Assembly (NCBI GenBank): GCA_965217585.1
Contig: OZ244561.1
Location: 896,001-960,000 of the forward strand
DNA: 64,000 bases
From: Candidatus Latescibacterota bacterium
GTDB taxonomy: Bacteria > Latescibacterota > UBA2968 > UBA8231
Direction of reading: 5' to 3'
Part shown: one piece after another, positions 38,498 through 46,576 of the stretch
How positions within the stretch are numbered: position 1 is the stretch's first letter
How the letters are laid out: each line of letters opens with the position of its first letter
The notes under the pieces: model-generated
What the model was told of the DNA's origin: nothing
Seen by the model: only the letters and a program-made list of their open reading frames with translations
Database searches by the model: none
Made by a program: the position numbers and the translations under genes

Positions 38498-38899
38498 TCA
38501 TAGGTGCAGCAGCGGCTGGTCGGGGGAGAGGGGATTGGGGACCAGTTTTTGCCCTGAAAGGTCGATGTGCCAGTCCATTTCTTCGAGCGGAACGGCCCCC
38601 AGCAGCGGTTGGGTGCCACGAGGCAGTTCAATGGCTCTGACCTGACATATTCGTCCCTGCACTTCGAGCTCGACCATGCCTAAGACGCGGCATTCGCGCT
38701 GGGGGCCATCGGCGGTAACCACGCGCATGGCCCCCAGATCTTCGAGCTTGAGAGGGTCCATGAGTTCAGCGGGAAGTGCCAATTCAGCGGCACCGGAGTC
38801 CACCAGCATGTCACAGGAGACTTCTCGCCCCTGTTTGCCCGGCGGTAGGAACCGATTCTGCCAGTTTCTCATTTTGGCGGGAACGCGAAAGATGCCCAA
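38498..38899 (-). CDS. Clan AA (retropepsin-like) aspartyl protease
   Basis: TTG start at 38899 after GGAGG; MLVDSGA catalytic motif; PLLGAVPLEEMD. Confidence 0.85.
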   Translation of the reverse strand: MGIFRVPAKMRNWQNRFLPPGKQGREVSCDMLVDSGAAELALPAELMDPLKLEDLGAMRVVTADGPQRECRVLGMVELEVQGRICQVRAIELPRGTQPLLGAVPLEEMDWHIDLSGQKLVPNPLSPDQPLLHL

Positions 38900-39038
38900 T
38901 AGATTATCCTCCGTAGTGTCGTTTTCAAATAATACGTTATAGATTATGAATACCTTTGAGCCGCGCAAGGTCGGCTCCGGCTGGCCCCGGAAGTGGATCG
39001 CCCTCTCCGCGCCCACCCTCTTCACAATGAGCTAGCTT

Positions 39039-42000
39039 ATGCCGACGCATCGACTGCGCTTCTTGCCCTTTCTGTCCATCCTACTCTGGGTCGTCCTGCT
39101 CGACGGAGCTTGGGCCCAGTCCCAAGCGACCACTGGCGTAATCCGCGGCTTGGTCTGGGATCAGTTTAGCAACCCCATCGGCAACGCCACCGTCGCGCTC
39201 AAGGAAACCCGCACCAACTACGAGCGCACCCTTACCTCATCCGATCTGGGGCTGTTTACCGCGACCCTATTGCCCCTCGGCTTCTACGACGTGACGGTAC
39301 AAGCGACCGAACAGGCCGAAGTGCGGCAGACCGGGGTGCAAGTGCGAGTCGGTGAGACCGTAGAATTGATCGTCAAAATGCTGCCGCAGATGGAGGAAAT
39401 GGTCGTCGAGGCCGCCTTGCCCACGGTGGATATAGCCCAGAGCGAGCCAGCCACGCGCCTGCCCGAAGAGGCGGTGCAGGACCTGCCCAACAACGGGCGC
39501 AACTTCCTCAACCTAACGCTGTTGACGCCGGGCGTGGCCATAGTCCAAGGCCCCGACGGCGACGAGCTGAGCATCGGCGGGCAGCGCGGCATTCACAACA
39601 ACATCTCGGTGGATGGCGCCGATTTCAACAATCCCTTCTTCGGCGAGCAGCGCGGCGGCCAGCGCCCAGCCTTCACCTTTAATTTGGACGCGGTGGAGGA
39701 AATGGTGGTGGTGCCGCAGGGGGCTAACGCGGAATTCGGCCGCTCCAGCGGCGGCTTTGTCAACGTCATCACCAAGTCGGGCACCAACCAATTGCACGGC
39801 TCGCTGCATTTTTTTGGCAAAAACGACGCTTTGTCGGGCACGGCGCGGCACGAGGGCGTGGAGCGCGTGCCGGATTTTAACCAGGGGCAGTTCGGCTTCA
39901 CTTTGGGCGGGCCGCTGATACAGGACAAGGCATTTTTCTTTGCCGCCTACGACCAGCAGGTTTTCAGGGACACCAAGCAGGACGATAGCCAGCGCATCGA
40001 TGCTCGGCTGCGCGCGTTTATGGACGAGCAATTCAGCGGGGCACTAGCCGGCGATTACGGGCCGATTGACCGCACCAACGACGCCCGCGCTTTTCTCGCC
40101 AAAGTCGATGCCCGCCTCTCGGATGCACACTACGCCACCTTCAAATACAATTACACTTGGTCCGAGCAGGAAAACGGCACCTTTGACGTGGACTCGTGGA
40201 CCCGCAGCGCCAATGCCGTAGAAAGGGACTGGTCACACGCCTTCAACGGCAGCCTGCTGTCGCTGCTGTCCTCGACCACCACCAACGAGTTTCGCTTCCA
40301 GATTTCCCGCGAAGATCGCCCGCGACCCTACCTTGGCCCGGACAACCCCAACACCGGCCGACCCTTCCCCGATACGGGCATGGATTTTGTCCACGGCTAT
40401 CGCTTTGGTATGCCCTTCTTCATTCCGGTCGAATACTACGACACCCGCATCCAGGCGCTCGACAACATCTCCGTGGCCAAGGGCGATCACCTAATCAAAG
40501 CCGGGGTCGAGTGGAACCGCGTCGAATCCGTGCAGACCTTCATCGGCTTTGCCAATGGCCGCTACATCTTCAGTTCAATAGATGGTTTCCTCAACTTCGT
40601 CGGACAGGGCAACGGCTATGTCGAGTGCGCCGATGGCAGCACCAGCACCACTGGGGCCTGCCCCGACGGGACGGATATCACCGGGCCGGTTCTGCTCTAT
40701 TTGCAGCAGTCCGGCGTCGGCGGCCTGACCGTGGAAGAAGCGGGGACCCAAGGTATCCCGCAGCATGAATTAGCTCTGTTTGTGCAGGACAGTTGGCAGC
40801 CCTCGAACAAGCTGACGCTCAATTACGGCCTGCGCTGGGAAGCGCAGATTCAGCCCGATGTGATCACCGATCCAGACGAGGTGTTCTTCGCCGATTTCAT
40901 TGGTAAAACGGTGGCCAACGAAACGGGCACCTACGAATTCCCCTCCAACGGCACCATTCCCTCGGACTGGGATATGTTCCAGCCGCGCTTGGGGATAGCC
41001 TACGATGTGCACGGCGACAACAAGACCTTGCTGCGCGGCAGCGCCGGGATGTACTACGCCCGCATCCCGGGCTTGAACGTAGCCAGCACGCGTTCGACCA
41101 ACGGCTCGCGCGGGCAATCCATTTTCCGCTCTAGCGCCCTGACGCCCGTTTTGGGGCCGCCGCCGACCTACGGCGAATTGTTGCCCGCGCCCGCCAGCGA
41201 TCCCTTCCGGCCCAATATCTTTGTCTTTGACCAGAATTTTGCAAACCCGCGCACCATCAGCGCGAATGTCGGAATTGAACGCGAATTACATGTGTCGGGT
41301 TTGGTCGGCTCCTGCGGGTACACGTACGCCCGCACCGACAATCTGACGCGCTTTGTCAACCACAATGACGCAATCTTCGGCTCTCCGTGGGCAACGGGCC
41401 TAGGGGCCGATGGCAGCAACGGAATCGGCGATTTGACCGTGGTCGAGAGCACAGCTAAATCGCGCTATCACGGCCTCAGCTTCGGCTTGCGGCAGATGGT
41501 GCAAAACGACTTGCAATTCCAGCTCAACTATACATTGTCGTGGGACAAATCCGACGACGACAACGAGCGCGATCCCTTCACCTTCCGCTACGTCGACGCA
41601 ACTCAATTGGAGCACGAATGGGGCTATTCGGACCGCGACCAGCGCCACCGCTTCAATGCGTGGGCCTTGGCGGCATTGCCCGGCGGGGTTTTGCTCAACC
41701 AGCGCCTGAGCTACTATTCGGCGCAGCCAGTCTCCGCATCCTGCCCGGGCCAGCCCTCGACCAACCCGTGGGGTGCTGCCTCTGACCGGATCTGCGGCGA
41801 CGGCCGCATCATGGCGCGCAACACGCTGCGCAAGGACAACGAGTTTTTCTCCTATGACGTGCGCCTGTCGCGGCCCATATTAGTGGGCAGCGGCCAGCTA
41901 GAGGCCATTGTCGAGGTCTTCAACCTGCTCAACACGGACAACTTCCGCGACCCCTCCAGCGCCGGCCTACTGTTCAACTTCGACGGCACCGTGCAGTCTG

Positions 42001-42050
42001 GCTTGGGCGACCCGCGCCAAGTGCAAATCGGCTTGCGCTACGTCTATTGA
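39039..42050 (+). CDS. TonB-dependent receptor (Oar-like, N-terminal carboxypeptidase-regulatory-like domain)
   Basis: Signal peptide; LPNNGRNFLNL, NNISVDGA, AEFGRSSGG.VNVITKSGTN, LFVQDSW, FQPRLGIAY, C-terminal PRQVQIGLRYVY. Confidence 0.93.
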   Translation: MPTHRLRFLPFLSILLWVVLLDGAWAQSQATTGVIRGLVWDQFSNPIGNATVALKETRTNYERTLTSSDLGLFTATLLPLGFYDVTVQATEQAEVRQTGVQVRVGETVELIVKMLPQMEEMVVEAALPTVDIAQSEPATRLPEEAVQDLPNNGRNFLNLTLLTPGVAIVQGPDGDELSIGGQRGIHNNISVDGADFNNPFFGEQRGGQRPAFTFNLDAVEEMVVVPQGANAEFGRSSGGFVNVITKSGTNQLHGSLHFFGKNDALSGTARHEGVERVPDFNQGQFGFTLGGPLIQDKAFFFAAYDQQVFRDTKQDDSQRIDARLRAFMDEQFSGALAGDYGPIDRTNDARAFLAKVDARLSDAHYATFKYNYTWSEQENGTFDVDSWTRSANAVERDWSHAFNGSLLSLLSSTTTNEFRFQISREDRPRPYLGPDNPNTGRPFPDTGMDFVHGYRFGMPFFIPVEYYDTRIQALDNISVAKGDHLIKAGVEWNRVESVQTFIGFANGRYIFSSIDGFLNFVGQGNGYVECADGSTSTTGACPDGTDITGPVLLYLQQSGVGGLTVEEAGTQGIPQHELALFVQDSWQPSNKLTLNYGLRWEAQIQPDVITDPDEVFFADFIGKTVANETGTYEFPSNGTIPSDWDMFQPRLGIAYDVHGDNKTLLRGSAGMYYARIPGLNVASTRSTNGSRGQSIFRSSALTPVLGPPPTYGELLPAPASDPFRPNIFVFDQNFANPRTISANVGIERELHVSGLVGSCGYTYARTDNLTRFVNHNDAIFGSPWATGLGADGSNGIGDLTVVESTAKSRYHGLSFGLRQMVQNDLQFQLNYTLSWDKSDDDNERDPFTFRYVDATQLEHEWGYSDRDQRHRFNAWALAALPGGVLLNQRLSYYSAQPVSASCPGQPSTNPWGAASDRICGDGRIMARNTLRKDNEFFSYDVRLSRPILVGSGQLEAIVEVFNLLNTDNFRDPSSAGLLFNFDGTVQSGLGDPRQVQIGLRYVY

Positions 42051-42157
42051 GCAGCGCTGCCACAGGACTGGGAACGTTGCTATTTGTGAGTGGTCGGTAT
42101 ATCATCGACAGAAGAGTCCGGGGACCGCTCAACTCCAACACTTTCCGCGAGATTTTT

Positions 42158-43135
42158 ATGAAGCGCACTACTCGACCGAATTCGCTCCGCCCACTAAGGC
42201 GCTGGATCCCGCTGGTAGCTATTCTACTGGCAGCTATCCCCACCCAACTACACGCCGGCGCTTGGACGCAGTCCCCGGGCGGATTGTACTTCAAAATCGC
42301 CGGACTTTCCTTCCGCTCCCAAGAATATCTCGACATCGCTGGCGACCAGCAGGCCCGAGTGGCAAAACCCAGCATGGAGGAACTAAGCGATAGAAACATA
42401 TCGGCCTATATAGAATATGGTTTGCTGGAGCGCCTGACCTTGGTGGCCACCCTGCCCTATAAGCGCTTGGTGTACAAGAATACGGAGGTGAAGGTATTCC
42501 AAAGCGACGTTCTCGATACCACCATAACCCGCATACACCCCGACGAAATCCGCTCGGGTCTGGCCGATTTGGAACTGCGCCTGCGCTGGCGCTTGCTGCG
42601 CAATCCGGCGGTGGTCTCCCTAGCGCTGGGGGGCAAATTCCCCTTGGGCTACGACATAGATCAAGACAGCATTGGCTCCCTAGACTCGGGCGGGCTTGGC
42701 TTGGGGCCGAGTCCAGTGGATGGCGCAGGAGCCGACAGCAAGGTTCCCTTGGGCACGGGCGAGAAGGACATCGACATGCGCCTGCTGGTGGGCAAATCGC
42801 TGTACCCATTCCCAGGCTACCTGACGAGTACGGTCGGCTATCGCAAGCGGGGCGGGGCCTTCAGCGACGAATTCTTCTACGGCTTAGAGGCCGGTGTCAC
42901 CTATAAACGTCTGCTAGTCAAGGGCGTAGTCGAAGGGATGCGCACCATGGGTAACTGTGGCGCCATGGGACAAGGCGGTCTCGTCGGCGACCAAGATATC
43001 CTCAAGGTAGCCCCGGGGTTGATCTGGTCGCTCAGTAAGCACCTCGAAATCGGTGCCGATCTATTCCACATCGCGGCTGGCTGCAATACGGCAGCGGGCA
43101 CGACCTACGCCGTGGGGCTGGCTTTCAAGCGCTAG
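42158..43135 (+). CDS. Hypothetical outer-membrane beta-barrel protein
   Basis: Signal ending LHA-GAWTQ; YIEYGL..LTL, GLADLELRLRW, PLGTGEKDID, terminal YAVGLAFKR. Confidence 0.7.
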   Translation: MKRTTRPNSLRPLRRWIPLVAILLAAIPTQLHAGAWTQSPGGLYFKIAGLSFRSQEYLDIAGDQQARVAKPSMEELSDRNISAYIEYGLLERLTLVATLPYKRLVYKNTEVKVFQSDVLDTTITRIHPDEIRSGLADLELRLRWRLLRNPAVVSLALGGKFPLGYDIDQDSIGSLDSGGLGLGPSPVDGAGADSKVPLGTGEKDIDMRLLVGKSLYPFPGYLTSTVGYRKRGGAFSDEFFYGLEAGVTYKRLLVKGVVEGMRTMGNCGAMGQGGLVGDQDILKVAPGLIWSLSKHLEIGADLFHIAAGCNTAAGTTYAVGLAFKR

Positions 43136-43201
43136 TAACAATCGCGGCTGCAGAGCAAATCCGTTATATTTTGCCTGTACAACCATTGCAAGGAGGCTAG
43201 G

Positions 43202-44194
43202 ATGTCGCGCAAAAAATGGGAGCTCCCCCAGCGTCAGGCCACCGACGAAGACGCCTATCTCAACCGCCGCAAGTTCATCCGGAGGGCCGGCTTGGGCACC
43301 ATTGGCCTGCTTGCGGGATGCATCCCAGAAAAACTCCTCAATCCAGCAACGCTCGTCGATCCAACAAAATACCTCGGTCCTACGATCATCGAGCCAATCC
43401 CGCCTTCAGAGTGGTATCCGGCTCCCACAAACGATGCTTGGTCCACGCTCGACCGGCCGCTCACCGACGAGGCGATAGCGGCTCTGTACAACAACTTCTA
43501 TGAATTCTCCACCGGCAAGGAGGTGTGGCGCTTCATAGACAATTTTGAGCCTGCCCCCTGGACTGTGGAAATAGGCGGCCTAGTGCAGCAGCCCAAGACC
43601 TACGATATCGACAACCTAATCGGCATCATGGATCTGGAAGAGCGTCTCTACCGCCACCGCTGCGTCGAGGCTTGGTCCATGGCCATACCGTGGACGGGCT
43701 TTCCCATGCGGGATCTCATCGACTTGGTTCAACCGCTATCATCGGCCCGCTACGTGCGCATGATCTCCTTCTTCAATCCCGAGGTAGCCCCAGGCCAATG
43801 GGATCGATCCGATTGGCCCTGGCCCTATACCGAGGGCCTGACCATGGCCGAAGCGACCAATGAGCTGACTTTGCTGGCAACGGGCGTCTATGGCCACGAA
43901 CTGCCCAAGCAACACGGTGCCCCCCTGCGCTTGGTGACGCCCTGGAAATACGGCTATAAGGGCCTCAAGTCGATCACCAAAATCGAATTCACCAGCGAAC
44001 AGCCAGCGACGTTTTGGAACACCCTAGTGCCACACGAGTACGGCTTTTTCTCCAACGTCGAACCCCAAGTCCCCCATCCCCGCTGGTCGCAAGCCTCCGA
44101 GCGCTTCATTTCCACCGATCTGAACGCGACCGAACGACGCGAGACCCTCCCCTACAACGGCTATGCAGAGTACGTCGCCCATTTGTACGAGTGA
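43202..44194 (+). CDS. msrP: Protein-methionine-sulfoxide reductase catalytic subunit (molybdoenzyme)
   Basis: Tat motif LNRRKFI, YNNFYEF, EERLYRHRCVEAWSM, WPYTEGL, QHGAPLRLVTPWKYGYK, HPRWSQASER. Confidence 0.93.
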   Translation: MSRKKWELPQRQATDEDAYLNRRKFIRRAGLGTIGLLAGCIPEKLLNPATLVDPTKYLGPTIIEPIPPSEWYPAPTNDAWSTLDRPLTDEAIAALYNNFYEFSTGKEVWRFIDNFEPAPWTVEIGGLVQQPKTYDIDNLIGIMDLEERLYRHRCVEAWSMAIPWTGFPMRDLIDLVQPLSSARYVRMISFFNPEVAPGQWDRSDWPWPYTEGLTMAEATNELTLLATGVYGHELPKQHGAPLRLVTPWKYGYKGLKSITKIEFTSEQPATFWNTLVPHEYGFFSNVEPQVPHPRWSQASERFISTDLNATERRETLPYNGYAEYVAHLYE

Positions 44195-44213
44195 CCCTGC
44201 AAAGGAGACCCGT

Positions 44214-44858
44214 ATGCGCCAGCTCCTGTCGTCTGTCCTCTATCTTTGCCTGCTCGTCACGCCGCTTGCCGCCCAGCAAGAGGCCCTGTACGGCACCTGG
44301 GAGGGCACGATCGTCGATGAGCAAATCGGCGAGATTACCATTCGCCTGACCTTCGAGGCGGATGGAGCCTTTGAGATCAACCAAGTCATTCAGGTGAAGG
44401 ACGACTTCCTCGCCGCTGTCCAAGTCCCAGAACCACCCACCATGGAGACGATTGTCGCCCACGGCACCGGCACCTATGGAATCTTGGGCGACAATCTCGT
44501 GATTGATATAGCCGCATTAGACCTGTCCGTCGATGGTGAGGGCTTCGTCGAATTTTTCACCCAAGTGGCCCGCGACTTCGCCCGTTATGTAGCAGACTCA
44601 CACGAAATTCCCGCCGAGAACTACCCGGCCTTTGAAGAGGAATTTATCGACGCGTTTTTCGCTGAACTCGATAAGGTCGAGTTCCTCGCTATACTCAATG
44701 AGTGGGGGACTAGCACGTATGCCGTTGAGGGGGACACCCTGTTCCTCACTATCGCGCAGGAGACCGGGGTCACAATCTGGGAATTCCACCCTATTGATGC
44801 CTCCAGCACGGTCGCCGAAACTACCTGGGGCAGCTTGAAAGCAGCTTGGCGGCCGTAA
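44214..44858 (+). CDS. Secreted hypothetical protein with a C-terminal TTWGSLK motif
   Basis: RBS AAGGAG and ATG 44214; signal peptide; LYGTWEG; ends STVAETTWGSLKAAWRP. Confidence 0.8.
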   Translation: MRQLLSSVLYLCLLVTPLAAQQEALYGTWEGTIVDEQIGEITIRLTFEADGAFEINQVIQVKDDFLAAVQVPEPPTMETIVAHGTGTYGILGDNLVIDIAALDLSVDGEGFVEFFTQVARDFARYVADSHEIPAENYPAFEEEFIDAFFAELDKVEFLAILNEWGTSTYAVEGDTLFLTIAQETGVTIWEFHPIDASSTVAETTWGSLKAAWRP

Positions 44859-44869
44859 ATTTTCTTGCA

Positions 44870-44924
44870 TGTTCAATTTCGACAGCACCGTGTATGCGCC
44901 AAGTGCAGGTCGGCTTGCGCTACG
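44870..44924 (+). repeat. Degenerate direct-repeat copy of the TonB receptor 3' end (41971-42042)
   Basis: Blocks of 21/23 and 27/29 identity separated by a 17-nt net deletion. Confidence 0.8.
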
Positions 44925-45101
44925 CGATACCTTGTCTGTCTCTCTAACGTGCATTACCCATGTATGGAACCGCTCAGCATCGCGTACGACGGCGAGGCCG
45001 AGCCAATAGCGATACAGTGGACGCCAGGTGAGGCACTGAAATAAGAAATAGATAGTTCGGCACGCTGCGGGTCCCACTCGGAACTCGGGCTTTGACTTTC
45101 T

Positions 45102-45125
45102 CGGCGGGGCTTCCCCGCCGTTTTT
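45102..45125 (+). terminator. Intrinsic terminator-like hairpin
   Basis: CGGCGGGG-CTT-CCCCGCCG followed by TTTTT, 70 nt upstream of the NupC-type gene. Confidence 0.6.
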
Positions 45126-45195
45126 ATATTTACTGCCCCAGTATTCTCCGGCTATCGCCGGAGGACACCAGCCCTCGCAGAAGAAGTAGGTACCG

Positions 45196-46431
45196 ATGGA
45201 ACGGCTAATCAGCCTATGCGGACTTTTGGTGATGATCGCCTTGGTCTTCGCCATGAGCGCCGACCGCCGCAAAGTAGATCGCCGCTTGGTAGCAGCCGGC
45301 GTGGGGTTGCAATTTCTCTTGGCCCTGCTCGTCCTTAAGACCGGGCCTGGACAGGCGCTTTTCGGTTATATCGGCGCTTTTTTTACCGCCTTGCTCAACT
45401 ATGTCGATGCCGGCTCCAGCTTTGTCTTTGGCGAGGCGTTCGGCGAGCATTTCTTCGCTTTTAAGGTCCTGCCGACCATTATCTTTTTTTCCGCCCTAAT
45501 GGGCGTGCTCTATCACCTAGGAGTGGTGCAGTACGTGGTGGCGGCCTTTGCCTGGGTCATGCAGCGCACCCTGCGCACCTCGGGCGCGGAAAGCCTAGCG
45601 GCGGCAGCCAATATCTTCGTCGGCCAGACCGAGGCCCCGCTGGTGGTGCGCCCGTACGTGGCCAGCATGACCCGCTCGGAGCTGATGGCCTTGATGGTGG
45701 GCGGCTTTGCCACCATTGCCGGAGGCGTCTTGGCCGCCTTCGTAGGCCTGGGAATCGACGCTGGTCACTTGGTGGGTGCCTCGGTGATTTCGGCCCCGGC
45801 GGCGCTGTTGGTGGCCAAGATCATGCAGCCAGAAGTGGAAACGTCCAAGACTTTGGGCAAGGTATCAATCGAGGTAGACCGCACAGCCACCAATGTGGTG
45901 GAGGCCGCGGCCAACAGCACCTTGGACGGCTTGCGGCTGGCCCTGAACGTGGCCGCCATGCTCATTGCAGCACTGGGGTTAATCGCCCTAGTGGATGGGG
46001 TGCTGGGCCTGTTGGGCCAAGGCGTGGGCTACGTCCTCGGTATGGAGGGTCTGGAGTGGTCTTTGTCCGCGGCGCTGGGTTATTTATTTGCGCCTTTTGC
46101 TTGGTTGATGGGCATTGAGGCCAAGGATTGTTTGCTAGCCGGCGAGTTGTTGGGCAAGAAAATGGTAGCCAACGAATTCGTCTCGTACGTCCAATTGAGC
46201 CAGTGGATCCAGCCCGACTCGGGCGTGGAACTGAGCCAGCGCTCGGTGGTTATTTTGACCTATGCCCTGTGTGGTTTTGCCAACTTCAGCAGCATTGGCA
46301 TCCAGATCGGCGGCATCGGCGGCATTGCCCCAGAGCGGCGGCGCGATTTAGCGCGGTTGGGTTTTCGCGCCATGCTGGGCGGCTCCCTAGCCTGCTTTAT
46401 GACGGCCTGCGTGGCCGGGATTCTCCTGTAA
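45196..46431 (+). CDS. Concentrative nucleoside transporter (NupC/CNT family)
   Basis: FAFKVLPTIIFFSAL, ANIFVGQTEAPL, GFATIAG, NEFVSY, YALCGFANFSSIGI. Confidence 0.95.
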   Translation: MERLISLCGLLVMIALVFAMSADRRKVDRRLVAAGVGLQFLLALLVLKTGPGQALFGYIGAFFTALLNYVDAGSSFVFGEAFGEHFFAFKVLPTIIFFSALMGVLYHLGVVQYVVAAFAWVMQRTLRTSGAESLAAAANIFVGQTEAPLVVRPYVASMTRSELMALMVGGFATIAGGVLAAFVGLGIDAGHLVGASVISAPAALLVAKIMQPEVETSKTLGKVSIEVDRTATNVVEAAANSTLDGLRLALNVAAMLIAALGLIALVDGVLGLLGQGVGYVLGMEGLEWSLSAALGYLFAPFAWLMGIEAKDCLLAGELLGKKMVANEFVSYVQLSQWIQPDSGVELSQRSVVILTYALCGFANFSSIGIQIGGIGGIAPERRRDLARLGFRAMLGGSLACFMTACVAGILL

Positions 46432-46576
46432 GAGGCCCGCAGCTCTCGCGCAACGACCCCCAAAGAGTCGCCAACTCGACGATCACGCACCCAAGCGACT
46501 AAGCGATTGACACTGTTCAATTGCCCCTCGTGCTTTGATTCTGTAGCGCGAAGCCGCACAGTATTCGAGGGGGGAT

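Noticed and set aside
38498-38899. Retropepsin-like protease as a sign of a retroelement
   Set aside because: Stand-alone clan AA proteases are common in bacteria, and no reverse transcriptase or integrase is nearby.
44964-45044. 26-codon ORF MEPLSIAYDGEAEPIAIQWTPGEALK resembling a DUF2283 N-terminus
   Set aside because: Too short, no clear RBS, similarity too weak to support.
44930-45195. Riboswitch upstream of the nucleoside transporter
   Set aside because: A terminator-like hairpin is present, but I could not recognise a purine or other aptamer; an Rfam/Infernal scan is needed.
46429-46440. TAA-GAGGCC after stop codons here and at 63911, as further MITE ends
   Set aside because: Only 7-8 bp match the terminal repeat and no partner end is visible.
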